Source of the DNA: an uncultured Alphaproteobacteria bacterium
Lineage (GTDB): Bacteria; Pseudomonadota; Alphaproteobacteria; Rhizobiales; CAWCWK01
Assembly (NCBI GenBank): GCA_963799285.1
Contig: CAWCWK010000004.1
Location: 3,225,024 to 3,289,023 of the forward strand
Length of the DNA: 64,000 nucleotides
Direction of reading: 5' to 3'
Shown here: positions 38,385-48,821 of the stretch, in pieces
Layout: the number at the start of each line of letters is the position of its first letter
Position numbering within the stretch: the first letter of the stretch is position 1
Translations under genes and position numbers: made by a program
Notes under the pieces: model-generated
Databases searched by the model: none
What the model saw: the letters and a program-made list of their open reading frames with translations, nothing else
Told to the model about the DNA's origin: nothing

Positions 38385-38410
38385 CAGCACATCGCCGGGC
38401 GCATCGCCCG

Positions 38411-39196
38411 TCACGTCCGCCGGTAGATGAGATAGGCGGGCGACCGGCCCTCGCGATAGGCCTTGGCCTCGTAGCGCGTGCCCGGCCAATCCGCCCAAGG
38501 GGTGTGTTCGTTGCTGACGAGCGCGAAGTCCTCGGCGGCGTCCGCGTGGCGGCGGGCCCAGGTGATGTAGTCCGCGACATCGCTGGCGATGCGAAGCTCG
38601 CCGCCCGGCTTCAGCGCGCGGGCCATGCGGGCGAGATTGTCCGGCCGCACGAAGCGGCGCTCGCGGTGGCGCAGCTTCGGCCAGGGGTCGGGGTAGAGAA
38701 CGTCGATCCGCGCGAGCGAGGCGGGCGGTAGCCAGTCCATGACCTCGCCGGCATCGCCCCGGTGAAGGCGCAGCCGGGCGTCGTCGCCCGCCGCGTGGCG
38801 CGCTTCCCCGTCCACGGCCCGCTCCTCGAGCGTCGTCAGGAGCGCGGTGATGCCGTTGAGGAAGGGCTCGGCGCCGATGAAGCCCGTTGCGGGCTCGCGC
38901 GCCAGCTCGTGCGCCAGATGCTCGCCACCACCAAAGCCGACCTCCATGCGCAGGCTCGTCACGGGCGCGGCGAAGAGCGTGCGCGGATCGGCCGGGCAGG
39001 GTGCCGCCAGATCGAGCGAGAGCCGCTCCAGGCCCGCTCGCGTGCGGCGCTCCTGCGTCGGGCTGAGCCGTACACCCTTGCGCCGCCCGAAGAGACGGCG
39101 GGGCACGAAGCCGTCACCGGGCCGGGCCTCCTCGTCGCCTTCGCCTCGGGCCCGCTCCTCGTCCGGCATACGCGCCTCGTGCGATCCGGCCAGCAT
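38411..39196 (-). CDS. trmB: tRNA (guanine46-N7)-methyltransferase TrmB
   Basis: ...EVGFGGGEHLAHELAREPATGFIGAEPF...IDVLYPDPWPKLRHRERRFV...LKPGGELRIASD... An alternative ATG lies at 39169. Confidence 0.9.
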   Translation of the reverse strand: MLAGSHEARMPDEERARGEGDEEARPGDGFVPRRLFGRRKGVRLSPTQERRTRAGLERLSLDLAAPCPADPRTLFAAPVTSLRMEVGFGGGEHLAHELAREPATGFIGAEPFLNGITALLTTLEERAVDGEARHAAGDDARLRLHRGDAGEVMDWLPPASLARIDVLYPDPWPKLRHRERRFVRPDNLARMARALKPGGELRIASDVADYITWARRHADAAEDFALVSNEHTPWADWPGTRYEAKAYREGRSPAYLIYRRT

Positions 39197-39199
39197 CGC

Positions 39200-40369
39200 C
39201 TAGCGAACCTCGGCGGTGATCGCATCGGCGAGGTCGGTCGCCTCCCAAGAGAACCCGCCCTCAGCGTCGGGCTCGCGGCCGAAATGGCCATAGGCCGCGG
39301 TGCGCTCGTAGATCGGGCGGTTAAGCTTCAGCGTCTGCCGGATGCCGCGCGGCGTGAGGTCCATGACGCGCCCTACCGCCCGCTCCAGCTCGGCGTCCGG
39401 CACCTGCCCGGTGCCATGCGTGTGGACGTATAAGGACAGCGGGTTGGAGACGCCGATCGCGTAGGAGACCTGGATCGTGCAGCGCGAGGCAAGGCCCGCC
39501 GCGACGACGTTCTTGGCGAGGTAGCGGCAGGCATAGGCGGCCGAGCGATCGACCTTGGTCGGGTCCTTGCCCGAAAACGCGCCGCCGCCATGGGGCGAGG
39601 CGCCGCCATAGGTGTCGACGATGATCTTGCGGCCCGTCAGGCCCGCGTCGCCATCCGGCCCGCCGATGACGAAGCGACCGGTAGGATTGATGTAGAGCTG
39701 GTCGGGCGGGCACATCCAGCCCTCGGGCAAGGCCGCCTCGATGACGGGCACGACAAGGCCGCGTACATCGTCCTCGCTGACCCCTTCGGCGTGTTGGGTC
39801 GAGACGACGATGGAGGTCGCGCCGACCGGGCGGCCGCCCTCGTAGCGCAGCGTGATCTGGCTCTTGGAATCGGGCCCGAGCCGCGTCTCGCCGCTGTGCC
39901 GCAGGTCGGCGAGATCGTGCAGGATGCGGTGCGAATAGTGGATCGGCGCCGGCATCAGGACGTCGGTCTCGGTGCAGGCATAGCCGAACATGATGCCCTG
40001 ATCGCCTGCGCCCTCGTCCTTGTCGCCGGCCGCGTCGACGCCTTGGGCGATGTCGGCCGACTGCTCGTGGACGACGCAATCGACGTCCATCGTCTCCCAG
40101 TGGAAGCCGTCCTGCTCGTAGCCGATGGCTCGGACGGCGCGCCGCGCGATGTCGATCATCTCGTCCTTCTCGACGGGCGGGCGGGCGCGCACCTCGCCGG
40201 CCAGCACGAGCTTGTTGGTCGTCGCTAGCGTCTCGACGGCGACGCGCGCTTGCGCGTCGTTCGACAGGTGCGCGTCGACGATCGCGTCCGAGACCCGGTC
40301 GCAGACCTTGTCGGGATGACCCTCGGAGACGGATTCGGACGTGAAGAGGTAGGAAGAACGGTCGGACAT
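39200..40369 (-). CDS. metK: S-adenosylmethionine synthase MetK
   Basis: [35 protein letters not shown]...[12 protein letters not shown]...[21 protein letters not shown]...[20 protein letters not shown]... ATG 40369 was verified. Confidence 0.97.
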   Translation of the reverse strand: MSDRSSYLFTSESVSEGHPDKVCDRVSDAIVDAHLSNDAQARVAVETLATTNKLVLAGEVRARPPVEKDEMIDIARRAVRAIGYEQDGFHWETMDVDCVVHEQSADIAQGVDAAGDKDEGAGDQGIMFGYACTETDVLMPAPIHYSHRILHDLADLRHSGETRLGPDSKSQITLRYEGGRPVGATSIVVSTQHAEGVSEDDVRGLVVPVIEAALPEGWMCPPDQLYINPTGRFVIGGPDGDAGLTGRKIIVDTYGGASPHGGGAFSGKDPTKVDRSAAYACRYLAKNVVAAGLASRCTIQVSYAIGVSNPLSLYVHTHGTGQVPDAELERAVGRVMDLTPRGIRQTLKLNRPIYERTAAYGHFGREPDAEGGFSWEATDLADAITAEVR

Positions 40370-40634
40370 TGGCGCGGGTGATCCCTCGAGGAAGATGCGG
40401 ACCGCAGGCGCTGACGGTCCGTCGGAGCGCGGCTCGCGAAGCGTCCTGGCGGGCCCCTCGCGAAAACGAGGCGCGTTCGCGAAGCGAAACGCCGGGCCTC
40501 GGACGGCCCGTCGCCGCGGCGAGCCAGAGGTGCGAATATCCGCAGCGCCCCGCCATGTCGATAGGGGATCGATAGGGAATGGTCGCGGGCGAGATTGAAC
40601 GGTCAGGCGACCGGTTCGCTCCCGGACCCGCCGG

Positions 40635-41084
40635 TCACTCCTCAGACGTCGCCTGGTCGCCGCTTTCCTCGCGCCGCTCATTGGCCGCGATCGTGCGGGC
40701 CATGTCGAGGACGGTGGCGCGTAAGGCCGGCGTGCGGATGCGGGAGAACGCCTCCTGCAAGGCCTCGGCCTCCGCCTTCTCCTTGAGGCTCGACGGGCCG
40801 GACGGCGCCCGATAGGGCTCGGCCGCCTCCGCCATGCCGGCGGCCTCCGGCTCGCCGAGGAAGTCGCTGAAGAAATAGTTGACGTTGACGCTGAGCGCGT
40901 CCGCGATCTTGTAGAGCCGGCTGGCGCTGATCCGGTTGGCGCCGCGCTCATATTTCTGGACCTGCTGGAAGCTGATCCCGACATCCTCGCCGAGCTTGCT
41001 CTGGCTGATCTTCATCTCGGTTCTCAGCGTGCGCAACCTCTGGCCGATGACCGCATCGATGCTTTCTATGGGTGCGCGGGACAT
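40635..41084 (-). CDS. XRE-family helix-turn-helix transcriptional regulator
   Basis: ...[54 protein letters not shown]... It occupies the conserved position between lnt and metK seen in Rhizobiales. Confidence 0.85.
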   Translation of the reverse strand: MSRAPIESIDAVIGQRLRTLRTEMKISQSKLGEDVGISFQQVQKYERGANRISASRLYKIADALSVNVNYFFSDFLGEPEAAGMAEAAEPYRAPSGPSSLKEKAEAEALQEAFSRIRTPALRATVLDMARTIAANERREESGDQATSEE

Positions 41085-41232
41085 GGTGGTAGTCGCTCAA
41101 GCTTGTGGAGGAATATCGTCGAAGAGGTCATATCAGCACGAAAAGCTGTTGTCTGGGTTAAACTACAAGGTGCGGCATAAAGAGTGAAGTCCGAGGAAAG
41201 GTTTTTTATCTGCTGACGTGTTGTCTGGTCGT

Positions 41233-42912
41233 CTATGACCGGTACCAGCGCCCGATGAGCGCGAGGCCAAGGCAGGCCAGGAGAAGTCCGAGCGGCATCC
41301 GCCAGCCCCAGCGCGCGAAGGGCGGAGGGGCAATCGCGTCCGGCAGCGCCGCGTCGAGCGCGCCGACGCCGCCGAGTTCGAGCCGCGCCGTGGTGCGTCC
41401 ATAGGCGTCGAAGACCGCCGAGATGCCCGTATTGGCCGCGCGAATCAAGGGCAGCCCCTCCTCGATCGCGCGCAGCCGGACATGGGCGAGATGTTGCGCG
41501 GGGCCGAGGCTGGTGCCGAACCAGGCGTCGTTGGTGACATTGAGAAGCCAGGCCGGCCGTGCCGTCGCCACGCCGTCGCCTGAGACGTCGGGGCCGAACA
41601 GTTCGCCCGGAAAGATCGCCTCATAGCAGATGAGCGGCTGGAAGCGGGGCAGGCCGGCCAGGTCGAGCGTCTGGCGCGTTCGGCCGGCCCGGAAGCCTCC
41701 GCGCATCTGGGTGAGCTGGCGCAGGCCCACGGCTTCGAGCGCGGACTGCCACGGCAGGTACTCGCCGAAGGGCACGAGATGCGTCTTGTCGTAGGCCGCC
41801 TCGATGCCGCGCGGCCCGATCGCGTAGAGGCTGTTATAGGCGCTTGGGCGTCCGTCGCGTCGCGCATCGCTCCGGTCGAGCCGCAGCGCGCCGGTGAGGA
41901 GGACGGGGCCATCGGCCACGAGGTCGGTGATTCGCGAGAGCGCGCCCGGCGCCTCGACGAGGACGAAGGGAAAGGCCGATTCGGGCCAGATCAGCGCGTC
42001 GATCTCCGACAAAGGCCGGGGCGTCTCGGTGTCGGCCGGACCCGCCCGGCTGAGATCGAGATAGGTCGACAGGATCGCCTCGCCATTGCCGCCCCGCCAT
42101 TTCTCGTCCTGCGGGATGGCAGGCTGGACGAGCCGAAGCCAGACCGTGTCGTCGGCGATCGGAGCGACGCCCCGCAATCCGGCCTCTCCCAGACCGTCTA
42201 CGATGGCCGGTGCGATCGGCTCCGGCGGGCGTAGGCCGCCCCAGACCGCGAGCGTGCCGAGACCTGCGAGCGCGAGGACGGGTGGACCCCAGGCCCCGAC
42301 CGTCCAGCCCGCCCGGCGCGGTGCCAGAGCGGCGAAGCTCGCTCCGAGAAGGAGCGCGAGCACGCTCAGGCCATGGAGGCCGACGAGGGCCGCGCCCTGC
42401 GCCGTCGCGTCATGGGCTGCGAGCGTGAGCCCCGGCACATTCCACGGGAAACCGGTCAGCACGTGGCCGCGCAGCCATTCCGATAGGCCGAGCCCGAAGG
42501 CCAGGGCCGCGATCCGCCCTGCCCCGTCGCTCCAGACGAGCCGCGCGAGCGCCGCTCCGAGCCCGAAGAAGAGCGCGAGCCCGCTCGCCAGCAAAGGCAC
42601 GGCGAGGGGAGCCAGCCATTCGAACCCATCGCCCTCGACGAGGAAGGCCTCGGTGATCCAGTAGAGCGAGGCGCCGAAATAGCCGAGCCCGAAGGCCCAG
42701 CCGACGGCGAACACGGAGCGCAGCCGCGCCGGCCGTGAAGCGCCTTCCGCCCCGTCGATCAGCCAGACGAGGATGGGCAGGCTGATGGCGAGGACAGGCA
42801 GCGCCCCAATGGGCGCCAGCGCGAGGCTCGCCGCCATGCCGGCGAGAAGCGCGAGACCCCACCGCCGCCAGCCCTCGACCAGCATGACGCGTCCGGCGAT
42901 GTCGTCCAGCAT
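41233..42912 (-). CDS. lnt: Apolipoprotein N-acyltransferase Lnt
   Basis: It has a polytopic N-terminus and a CN-hydrolase domain: ...LIWPESAFPF...DKTHLVPFGEYLP...PLICYEAIF...LLNVTNDAWFG... ATG 42912 was verified. Confidence 0.9.
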   Translation of the reverse strand: MLDDIAGRVMLVEGWRRWGLALLAGMAASLALAPIGALPVLAISLPILVWLIDGAEGASRPARLRSVFAVGWAFGLGYFGASLYWITEAFLVEGDGFEWLAPLAVPLLASGLALFFGLGAALARLVWSDGAGRIAALAFGLGLSEWLRGHVLTGFPWNVPGLTLAAHDATAQGAALVGLHGLSVLALLLGASFAALAPRRAGWTVGAWGPPVLALAGLGTLAVWGGLRPPEPIAPAIVDGLGEAGLRGVAPIADDTVWLRLVQPAIPQDEKWRGGNGEAILSTYLDLSRAGPADTETPRPLSEIDALIWPESAFPFVLVEAPGALSRITDLVADGPVLLTGALRLDRSDARRDGRPSAYNSLYAIGPRGIEAAYDKTHLVPFGEYLPWQSALEAVGLRQLTQMRGGFRAGRTRQTLDLAGLPRFQPLICYEAIFPGELFGPDVSGDGVATARPAWLLNVTNDAWFGTSLGPAQHLAHVRLRAIEEGLPLIRAANTGISAVFDAYGRTTARLELGGVGALDAALPDAIAPPPFARWGWRMPLGLLLACLGLALIGRWYRS

Positions 42913-43172
42913 GGAGATCGGCAGAGACCTTGAGGAGGCGTGTCGTCGATAGGGTGCGTCCTCGTCTGCGGTTAGAGCATCGCAGCCGATGGAACAAGCG
43001 GGCGGCGGGGCGCGAACCGCGTGACCGCAGGGGCGACGAGGGCTTTCAAGGCTCTTCGCGCCGTCGCCAAGCTGGTCAGCGCCCGCGCCATCGGATAGAC
43101 CGCCCTCCAATCTGACAACTCATGAAGTCCCGAAGCCCCCGTCCCACAGACCCGCGAAGGCCTTACGCTTCC

Positions 43173-43787
43173 ATGACCATCACCCTCCATCATGGCGACC
43201 TGCCGGACGGGCTCGCTCTCGGCCCCGTCATCGCCGTCGATACCGAGACGATGGGGCTCGACCCGAAGCGCGACCGGCTCTGCGTCGTCCAGCTCTCGTC
43301 GGGCGACGGCACGGCCCATCTCGTCCAGATCGCGCGCGGCCAGACGGAGGCGCCCAACCTCGTGCGCGTGCTGGGTGATCCCGACGTTCTCAAGCTCTTC
43401 CACTTCGCCCGTTTCGATATCGCGGCGCTTCAGAACGCGCTCCGGGTCGTCACGGCCCCCGTCTACTGCACCAAGATCGCCTCGAGGCTGGTGCGCACCT
43501 ATACCGACCGGCATGGGCTGAAGGACCTGGCCCGCGAACTCCTGGGGATCGAGGTCTCCAAGCAGCAGCAGAGCTCGGACTGGGGCGCCCGGACCTTGAG
43601 CGATGCGCAAATGGCCTATGCCGCCTCGGACGTCCTCCACCTCCACGCGATGAAGGAGCGGCTCGATGCCATGCTCGCGCGCGAGGAGCGCGTCGCGGAG
43701 GCCGAGGCCTGCTTCGCCTTCCTGCCCGTGCGTGCCCGCCTCGACCTTCTCGGCTGGGAAGAGACCGACATCTTCGCGCATAGCTGA
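43173..43787 (+). CDS. Short-form ribonuclease D / 3'-5' exonuclease (DEDD family)
   Basis: MTITLHHGDLPDG...IAVDTETMGLDPKRDRLCVVQLS...LKLFHFARFDIAAL...SDWGARTLSDAQMAYAASDVLHLH... Confidence 0.85.
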   Translation: MTITLHHGDLPDGLALGPVIAVDTETMGLDPKRDRLCVVQLSSGDGTAHLVQIARGQTEAPNLVRVLGDPDVLKLFHFARFDIAALQNALRVVTAPVYCTKIASRLVRTYTDRHGLKDLARELLGIEVSKQQQSSDWGARTLSDAQMAYAASDVLHLHAMKERLDAMLAREERVAEAEACFAFLPVRARLDLLGWEETDIFAHS

Positions 43788-44035
43788 GGGGCTGCTTCGA
43801 AGCGCCGCTATTCGCAGGGGCCAGACGCGAACGATCGCCGCAAAGGGCCTGTAGGAGAGCATCTGCAGCGAGCGGCGCTCAGTCGCTCGACTACCGTTCA
43901 GCCGGCGGTCATCCCGGCGGGCTATCTTCGAGCGACGTGTAGGAGGCGAGCGAGATCGACGGGACGAGTTACGCGCTGGAGCGTGCGGTGGGCGAAGGGC
44001 GCGCCGGCACGCGGACCTCGGAGCGGGCGCGGGCG

Positions 44036-44743
44036 ATGCGGTCCGCGACGCTCGCCCGCGCACGCCGCCACTCGCGCCGCGTGCGCCGCCTGCGCTGGGC
44101 GCTTCCCCTTCTCAGCGTCGTCCTACTCGTCTCGTTCTGGGGTTCGGCCTCGGTCAACGCCCTCCTGCGCGGCGCCAATCTCGGCTTCGGCGCGCTCGAC
44201 CTGACGGCACTCGTCGACGGCGAACTCGTGATGGCCGAGCCCGATATCAGCGGTACGATCAACGGGCGGCGCTTCGAGGTGACGGCGGCGCGAGCCGTGC
44301 AGGACGTGACGCGCCAGGACGAGGTCCGCTTCGAGGGGCCCGTCGCGGTTCTCGACGGACCGCAGGGCCGGATCGACGTGACGGCCGGCGCGGCGCTCTA
44401 TGCGATCGACGGCGAGACGCTGGCGCTATCGGGCGGCGTGGACGTCGTGACGGCGCGGGGCCAGACGGCCCGGCTCGAGGACGCGCGCGTCGATCTCGCG
44501 ACCGGCAACCTCGTCTCCTCCTCGCCCGTCACGCTGGAGGCGCCGCAGGGGCGGATCGAGGCGCTCGGCGTCGAGATCGAGGATTCGGGCAAGCGGGTCC
44601 TCTTCACCGGCCGCGTCCGCGCCCGCTTCAGCCCGAGCGATGGCGCGCCGGCAGACGACGGGGGGGCGGCCTTGCCCGATCCGGACGCGTCCGGCTTGCG
44701 CGGGCCGTCCGATCCTCCCATCTCGGAGCCTGCGCCCGAATGA
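44036..44743 (+). CDS. lptC: LPS export system protein LptC
   Basis: It has an N-terminal anchor, RRLRWALPLLSVVLLVSFW, and a beta-jellyroll-like body. It lies immediately upstream of lptA-lptB. The start is ambiguous; the track ORF begins at 43988. Confidence 0.72.
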   Translation: MRSATLARARRHSRRVRRLRWALPLLSVVLLVSFWGSASVNALLRGANLGFGALDLTALVDGELVMAEPDISGTINGRRFEVTAARAVQDVTRQDEVRFEGPVAVLDGPQGRIDVTAGAALYAIDGETLALSGGVDVVTARGQTARLEDARVDLATGNLVSSSPVTLEAPQGRIEALGVEIEDSGKRVLFTGRVRARFSPSDGAPADDGGAALPDPDASGLRGPSDPPISEPAPE

Positions 44744-44785
44744 TCCCGAAGCCCCGCCCATCCCTTGTCAGGAGTTGACCAGCCG

Positions 44786-45334
44786 ATGTCGGACTCGCCG
44801 ATCGCCCTCGTACCGGCCGCAGCCCTGGCCCTCGTTCTCCTCGCGGCTCCCATCCTTGCGCCCGCGCCCGCCAGGGCGCAGGCGCTGACCGGGGTCGAGG
44901 TCGGCGAAGGGCCGATCGACATCGAGGCCGACGAGCTCGAAGTCTTCGACGAGGAGAGTCGAGCGATCTTTCGCGGCAATGTCCGGGTCCTGCGCGGCGA
45001 GACGACGCTGACCGCCAGCGCGCTCACCGTTTTCTACACCGCGCGTGGCGAGGACGCGGAGGCCACCCCCGGCGGCGCGGGGCAGGACATCGAGCGCATC
45101 GAGGCGGAGGGCCCCGTCACCGTCTCGACGCCCGAGCAGACCGCGCAAGGCGCCGAGGGTACCTATGACGTCACCACCGAGACCGTGACGCTGACCGGCG
45201 ACGTCGTCCTCACCCAGGGCGAGAACGTGCTGCGCGGGCCGCGCCTCGTGGTCAACTTGCGCTCCGGCGAGGCCAAGCTCGACCAGGGCCGTATCCGCGC
45301 GACCTTCTCGGCGGGGTCCGCTCCGGGGCAGTAG
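44786..45334 (+). CDS. lptA: LPS transport periplasmic protein LptA
   Basis: It has a signal peptide. Motifs: ...PIDIEADELEVFDEESRAIFRGNVRVLRGETTLTASALTVFY...AEGTYDVTTETVTLTGDVVLTQGENVLRGPRLVVNL... Confidence 0.8.
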   Translation: MSDSPIALVPAAALALVLLAAPILAPAPARAQALTGVEVGEGPIDIEADELEVFDEESRAIFRGNVRVLRGETTLTASALTVFYTARGEDAEATPGGAGQDIERIEAEGPVTVSTPEQTAQGAEGTYDVTTETVTLTGDVVLTQGENVLRGPRLVVNLRSGEAKLDQGRIRATFSAGSAPGQ

Positions 45335-45570
45335 GCGCGCCGCCGCGTCAACGTGCCGTTAACCCCGGTTAACGCATCATTGGAGCGAGGCGCCTCGTCG
45401 TCCCATGGAGGGGCGGTCGAAGCGCATCGCGGACGACGAGGCAGGACGACGTGAGCGAGGCCTACGAGACAGCGCGGGAGACGGGGGATGGGGCGCCGCA
45501 CGATCGCGTCTCGCCGCCCCGAGCGGTGCCCGCGTCGGCAACCGGCCCGTCCCCTCATCTGCCGGACCAC

Positions 45571-46320
45571 ATGCCGGCTTCCGAGCAACTCTCGAACATC
45601 GGCCTCCTGCGCGCTTCCCATCTCGCCAAATCCTACAAGAAGCGCCCCGTGGTGCGCGATGTCGGCCTCTCGGTGCGGCGGGGCGAGGCCGTCGGACTCC
45701 TGGGGCCGAACGGCGCCGGCAAGACGACGGTCTTCTACATGATCACCGGTCTCGTCGATCCGGACGAGGGCGAGATCACGCTCGACGGCGAGGACATCAC
45801 GGGCCTGCCCATGTATGCGAGAGCCCGGCTCGGCATCGGCTACCTGCCGCAGGAACCCTCGATCTTTCGCGGCCTCTCGGTGCGCGACAACATTCTCGCC
45901 GTGCTCGAGATCGTCGAGCCCGACAAGGCGGCGCGCCTGCATCGGCTGGAAGAGCTGATGGAGGAGTTCTCGATCGCGCATCTGGCGTCGAGTCCCTCGA
46001 TCGCGCTGTCGGGTGGGGAGCGCCGGAGGCTGGAGATCGCCCGCGCGCTCGCCTCCGACCCCGCCTTCATGCTGCTCGACGAGCCCTTTGCCGGCGTCGA
46101 CCCGATCGCCGTCGGCGACATCCAGGCCCTGGTACGCCATCTGACGGCGCGCGGCATCGGCGTCCTCATCACCGATCACAACGTGCGCGAGACGCTCAGC
46201 CTCATCGACCGTGCGACCATCATCCACGATGGCCACGTCCTCCTGGAGGGCACGCCCGACGAGATCATCGCCGACGAAGGGGTGCGCCGCGTCTATCTCG
46301 GCGAGCGGTTCTCGCTGTGA
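45571..46320 (+). CDS. lptB: LPS export ABC transporter ATP-binding protein LptB
   Basis: ...VGLLGPNGAGKTTVFYMITGL...LGIGYLPQEPSIFRGLSV...LSGGERRRLEIARAL...MLLDEPFAGVDP... I set the start at ATG 45571; the track uses GTG 45451. Confidence 0.92.
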   Translation: MPASEQLSNIGLLRASHLAKSYKKRPVVRDVGLSVRRGEAVGLLGPNGAGKTTVFYMITGLVDPDEGEITLDGEDITGLPMYARARLGIGYLPQEPSIFRGLSVRDNILAVLEIVEPDKAARLHRLEELMEEFSIAHLASSPSIALSGGERRRLEIARALASDPAFMLLDEPFAGVDPIAVGDIQALVRHLTARGIGVLITDHNVRETLSLIDRATIIHDGHVLLEGTPDEIIADEGVRRVYLGERFSL

Positions 46321-46360
46321 TGGGCCGGCTCATGATCGCGCGCACGGCGGATGGGCTTCG

Positions 46361-47860
46361 ATGAGCGCGGGCGCGCGCAATACGGGTCTGCGCCTCGAGG
46401 CACGCCAGACCCAGACCCTGAGCATGACGCCGCGCCTCGTGCAGGCGATCAAGCTCCTCCAGCTCTCCAGCCTCGATCTTGCCATCCACGTCGCCGCCGA
46501 GATCGAGCGCAACCCGCTCCTCGTCGAGGCCGACGAGGCGCTGCGCAACACGCGTGAGGAAGGCGAGACGACGAGCGTCGCGGATCGCGGCGACGACCGC
46601 TCGAGCGCCGCGGCCCTCGATGCGCCGGGTCTCGAGACCTCCACAGAGGCGCTGGAAGCCGGTCTCGGGACCGAGCTCGGCAATGTCTTCGAGGACGAGG
46701 CGGCACGGCCGGCGGCCGGTCCGCTCGCCCTGCCGGGCCCAGCGCAGGACGGACCGCTCGAGGAGACGTGGCGCGCGCCCGTCACGCTCGCCGACCACCT
46801 TCGGCCTCAGATAGCCCTTGTTCTGCCGCATCCCGTACAGGGCCTGATCGCCGATCGCCTGCTGGAGCGGTTGGAGCCGGACGGCTATCTGCGCGACCCG
46901 CTCGATGAGATCGCGAGCGCGCTCAAAGTGCCTCTGGCGTCGGTGCGCGGCGTCCTGAGCCGGCTTCAGACACTCGATCCCGTCGGCGTCTTCGCGCGGG
47001 ACCTCTCCGAATGTCTCGCGCTCCAACTGCGCGAGCGCGACAGGCTCGATCCGGCCATGCGCGCGCTCCTGGACCATCTCGACCTCGTCGCCGGGGGCGA
47101 CTGGCCGGCACTTCGCAAGGCCTGCGGCGTCGACCAGGAGGACCTGGCTGAGATGGTCGGCGAGATCCGTGCGCTCGATCCCCGCCCGGGCCTACGCTTC
47201 GCCGTGCCCGACCCGGCGCCGCCCGAGCCCGACGTGCTCGTCGTGCCGAACCGGCATGGCGGCTGGCATGTGGAACTCAATCCGAGCGTCCTGCCGCGCG
47301 TCCTCATCGATCGGGCCTATCACGCGGAGGTGCGGGCCGCGGCGGACCCGGCCGCCCGCACCTTCCTCGACACCGCGCTCGACGAGGCGGGCTGGCTCAT
47401 CCGCAGTCTCGACCAACGCCAGCGTACCATCCTCAAGGTCGCGACCGAGATCGTGCGCCACCAGACGGGCTTCCTCCGCCAGGGTGCCGAGGCTCTCCGC
47501 CCGCTCCTGATGCGGGATGTGGCCGAGGCCATCGAGATGCACGAATCGACCATTAGCCGCGTCGTCGCCAACAAGACGCTGGCTTGTCCGCACGGGATCG
47601 TGCCGATGAAGGCGTTCTTTGGCACGGCGCTTGCCAGCAGTCACGACGCGGACGGCGTGACGGCGGCCGCTGTGAAGGCGCGGATCGGTGGCCTGATCGC
47701 GGCCGAGGATGCTCTCAAGCCTTTGTCGGACGACGCCCTCACCCAAATGCTGAAAGCCGAGGGGACCGAGATCGCCCGCCGCACCGTCGCTAAATATCGA
47801 GAGGCGTTGGGTCTTCCCTCGTCGTCTCGCCGTAAGCGTGCACGCGCCTTGGGAGCCTAG
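46361..47860 (+). CDS. rpoN: RNA polymerase sigma-54 factor RpoN
   Basis: MSAGARNTGLRLEARQTQTLSMTPRLVQAIKLLQLSSLDL...LRPLLMRDVAEAIEMHESTISRVVANKTLACPHGIVPMKAFF...ARRTVAKYREALG contains the RpoN box. Confidence 0.95.
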   Translation: MSAGARNTGLRLEARQTQTLSMTPRLVQAIKLLQLSSLDLAIHVAAEIERNPLLVEADEALRNTREEGETTSVADRGDDRSSAAALDAPGLETSTEALEAGLGTELGNVFEDEAARPAAGPLALPGPAQDGPLEETWRAPVTLADHLRPQIALVLPHPVQGLIADRLLERLEPDGYLRDPLDEIASALKVPLASVRGVLSRLQTLDPVGVFARDLSECLALQLRERDRLDPAMRALLDHLDLVAGGDWPALRKACGVDQEDLAEMVGEIRALDPRPGLRFAVPDPAPPEPDVLVVPNRHGGWHVELNPSVLPRVLIDRAYHAEVRAAADPAARTFLDTALDEAGWLIRSLDQRQRTILKVATEIVRHQTGFLRQGAEALRPLLMRDVAEAIEMHESTISRVVANKTLACPHGIVPMKAFFGTALASSHDADGVTAAAVKARIGGLIAAEDALKPLSDDALTQMLKAEGTEIARRTVAKYREALGLPSSSRRKRARALGA

Positions 47861-48327
47861 ATTCGCAAATCATATTTTGGCCGAAAAGCCGAGATCCGTC
47901 AGGAAGATAGCTTTAATCAACCAGAAGTCGTAGCACAATGTCCGGTCGCTGGATAATTGACAGTCACAATCGCCTCCCATACGGTCCGGCGTGCTGCGGG
48001 ACACCTTTGTGAAGGGTGCGTGGCAGGGACAGGCCGAGAGGTTTTGTAGGACGTCCGGCCGGCTAGAGCAGCCGCGGAATGTCCGGGGATGTCGCGTCGC
48101 ATCGGGCCGGATATCCGGAACGGGACGACGCGGACCAGCGAGTTCATCGAGACCGGCGGCATGGACCGATCGGCCGAGCCCGAGGACGGGGCGCGGCCGT
48201 GCCCCCATCGCTTTCGAAATCGATATGCCGCTTTGGAGCCCGGGCTGCCGGAGGGATGCGAGTGGGTTGGTGCGGCGCCGTCATCGGCAGGCCGTGAGGG
48301 CGGGACAGGTAGAGGTTTGAGCGCGTA

Positions 48328-48792
48328 ATGACTCTGAACGATCTGATCAGCCCCGATGCCGTCGTCAGCCCGCTCAAGGCGGCGAGCAAGAAGCAAGCCA
48401 TCCAGACCCTCGCCACGCGTGCCGCCGAGCTGACCGGCTTCGAGGCGCGCGATATCTTCGATACACTGTTGGAGCGCGAGCGGCTCGGCTCGACAGGGAT
48501 CGGTCGCGGCGTCGCGATCCCACATGGCCGAATGGCGGGCCTCGACCGGCTCTTCGGTCTCTTCGCACGGCTCGACAAGCCGGTGGAGTTCGATGCGTCG
48601 GACGACCAGCCGGTCGATCTGATCGTATTGCTGCTGGCGCCCGAGGGTTCGGGTGCCGATCACCTCAAGGCATTGGCCCATATCGCCCGCCTGCTGCGCG
48701 ACGACGACGCGGCAACGCGGCTGCGCTCGACCCGCGACCCCCACGAGGTCTACGAGGTCCTCACGCGAAGCCAGCGACCCAAGGCAGCCTAG
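48328..48792 (+). CDS. ptsN: PTS(Ntr) EIIA component PtsN
   Basis: ...SKKQAIQTLATRAAE...ERERLGSTGIGRGVAIPHGRM...DLIVLLLAPE...HLKALAHIARLL... Confidence 0.92.
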   Translation: MTLNDLISPDAVVSPLKAASKKQAIQTLATRAAELTGFEARDIFDTLLERERLGSTGIGRGVAIPHGRMAGLDRLFGLFARLDKPVEFDASDDQPVDLIVLLLAPEGSGADHLKALAHIARLLRDDDAATRLRSTRDPHEVYEVLTRSQRPKAA

Positions 48793-48821
48793 GGCCTGAT
48801 CCTCGCGGCCGATCGCGATCC

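Noticed and set aside
47861-48327. Possible hpf pseudogene between rpoN and ptsN
   Set aside because: The three forward-frame translations show no resemblance to the HPF/YfiA N-terminal (M..R.SGK..E.G..LR..VE) or C-terminal motifs. I kept the interval as a finding about an unexplained gap, not as a pseudogene call.
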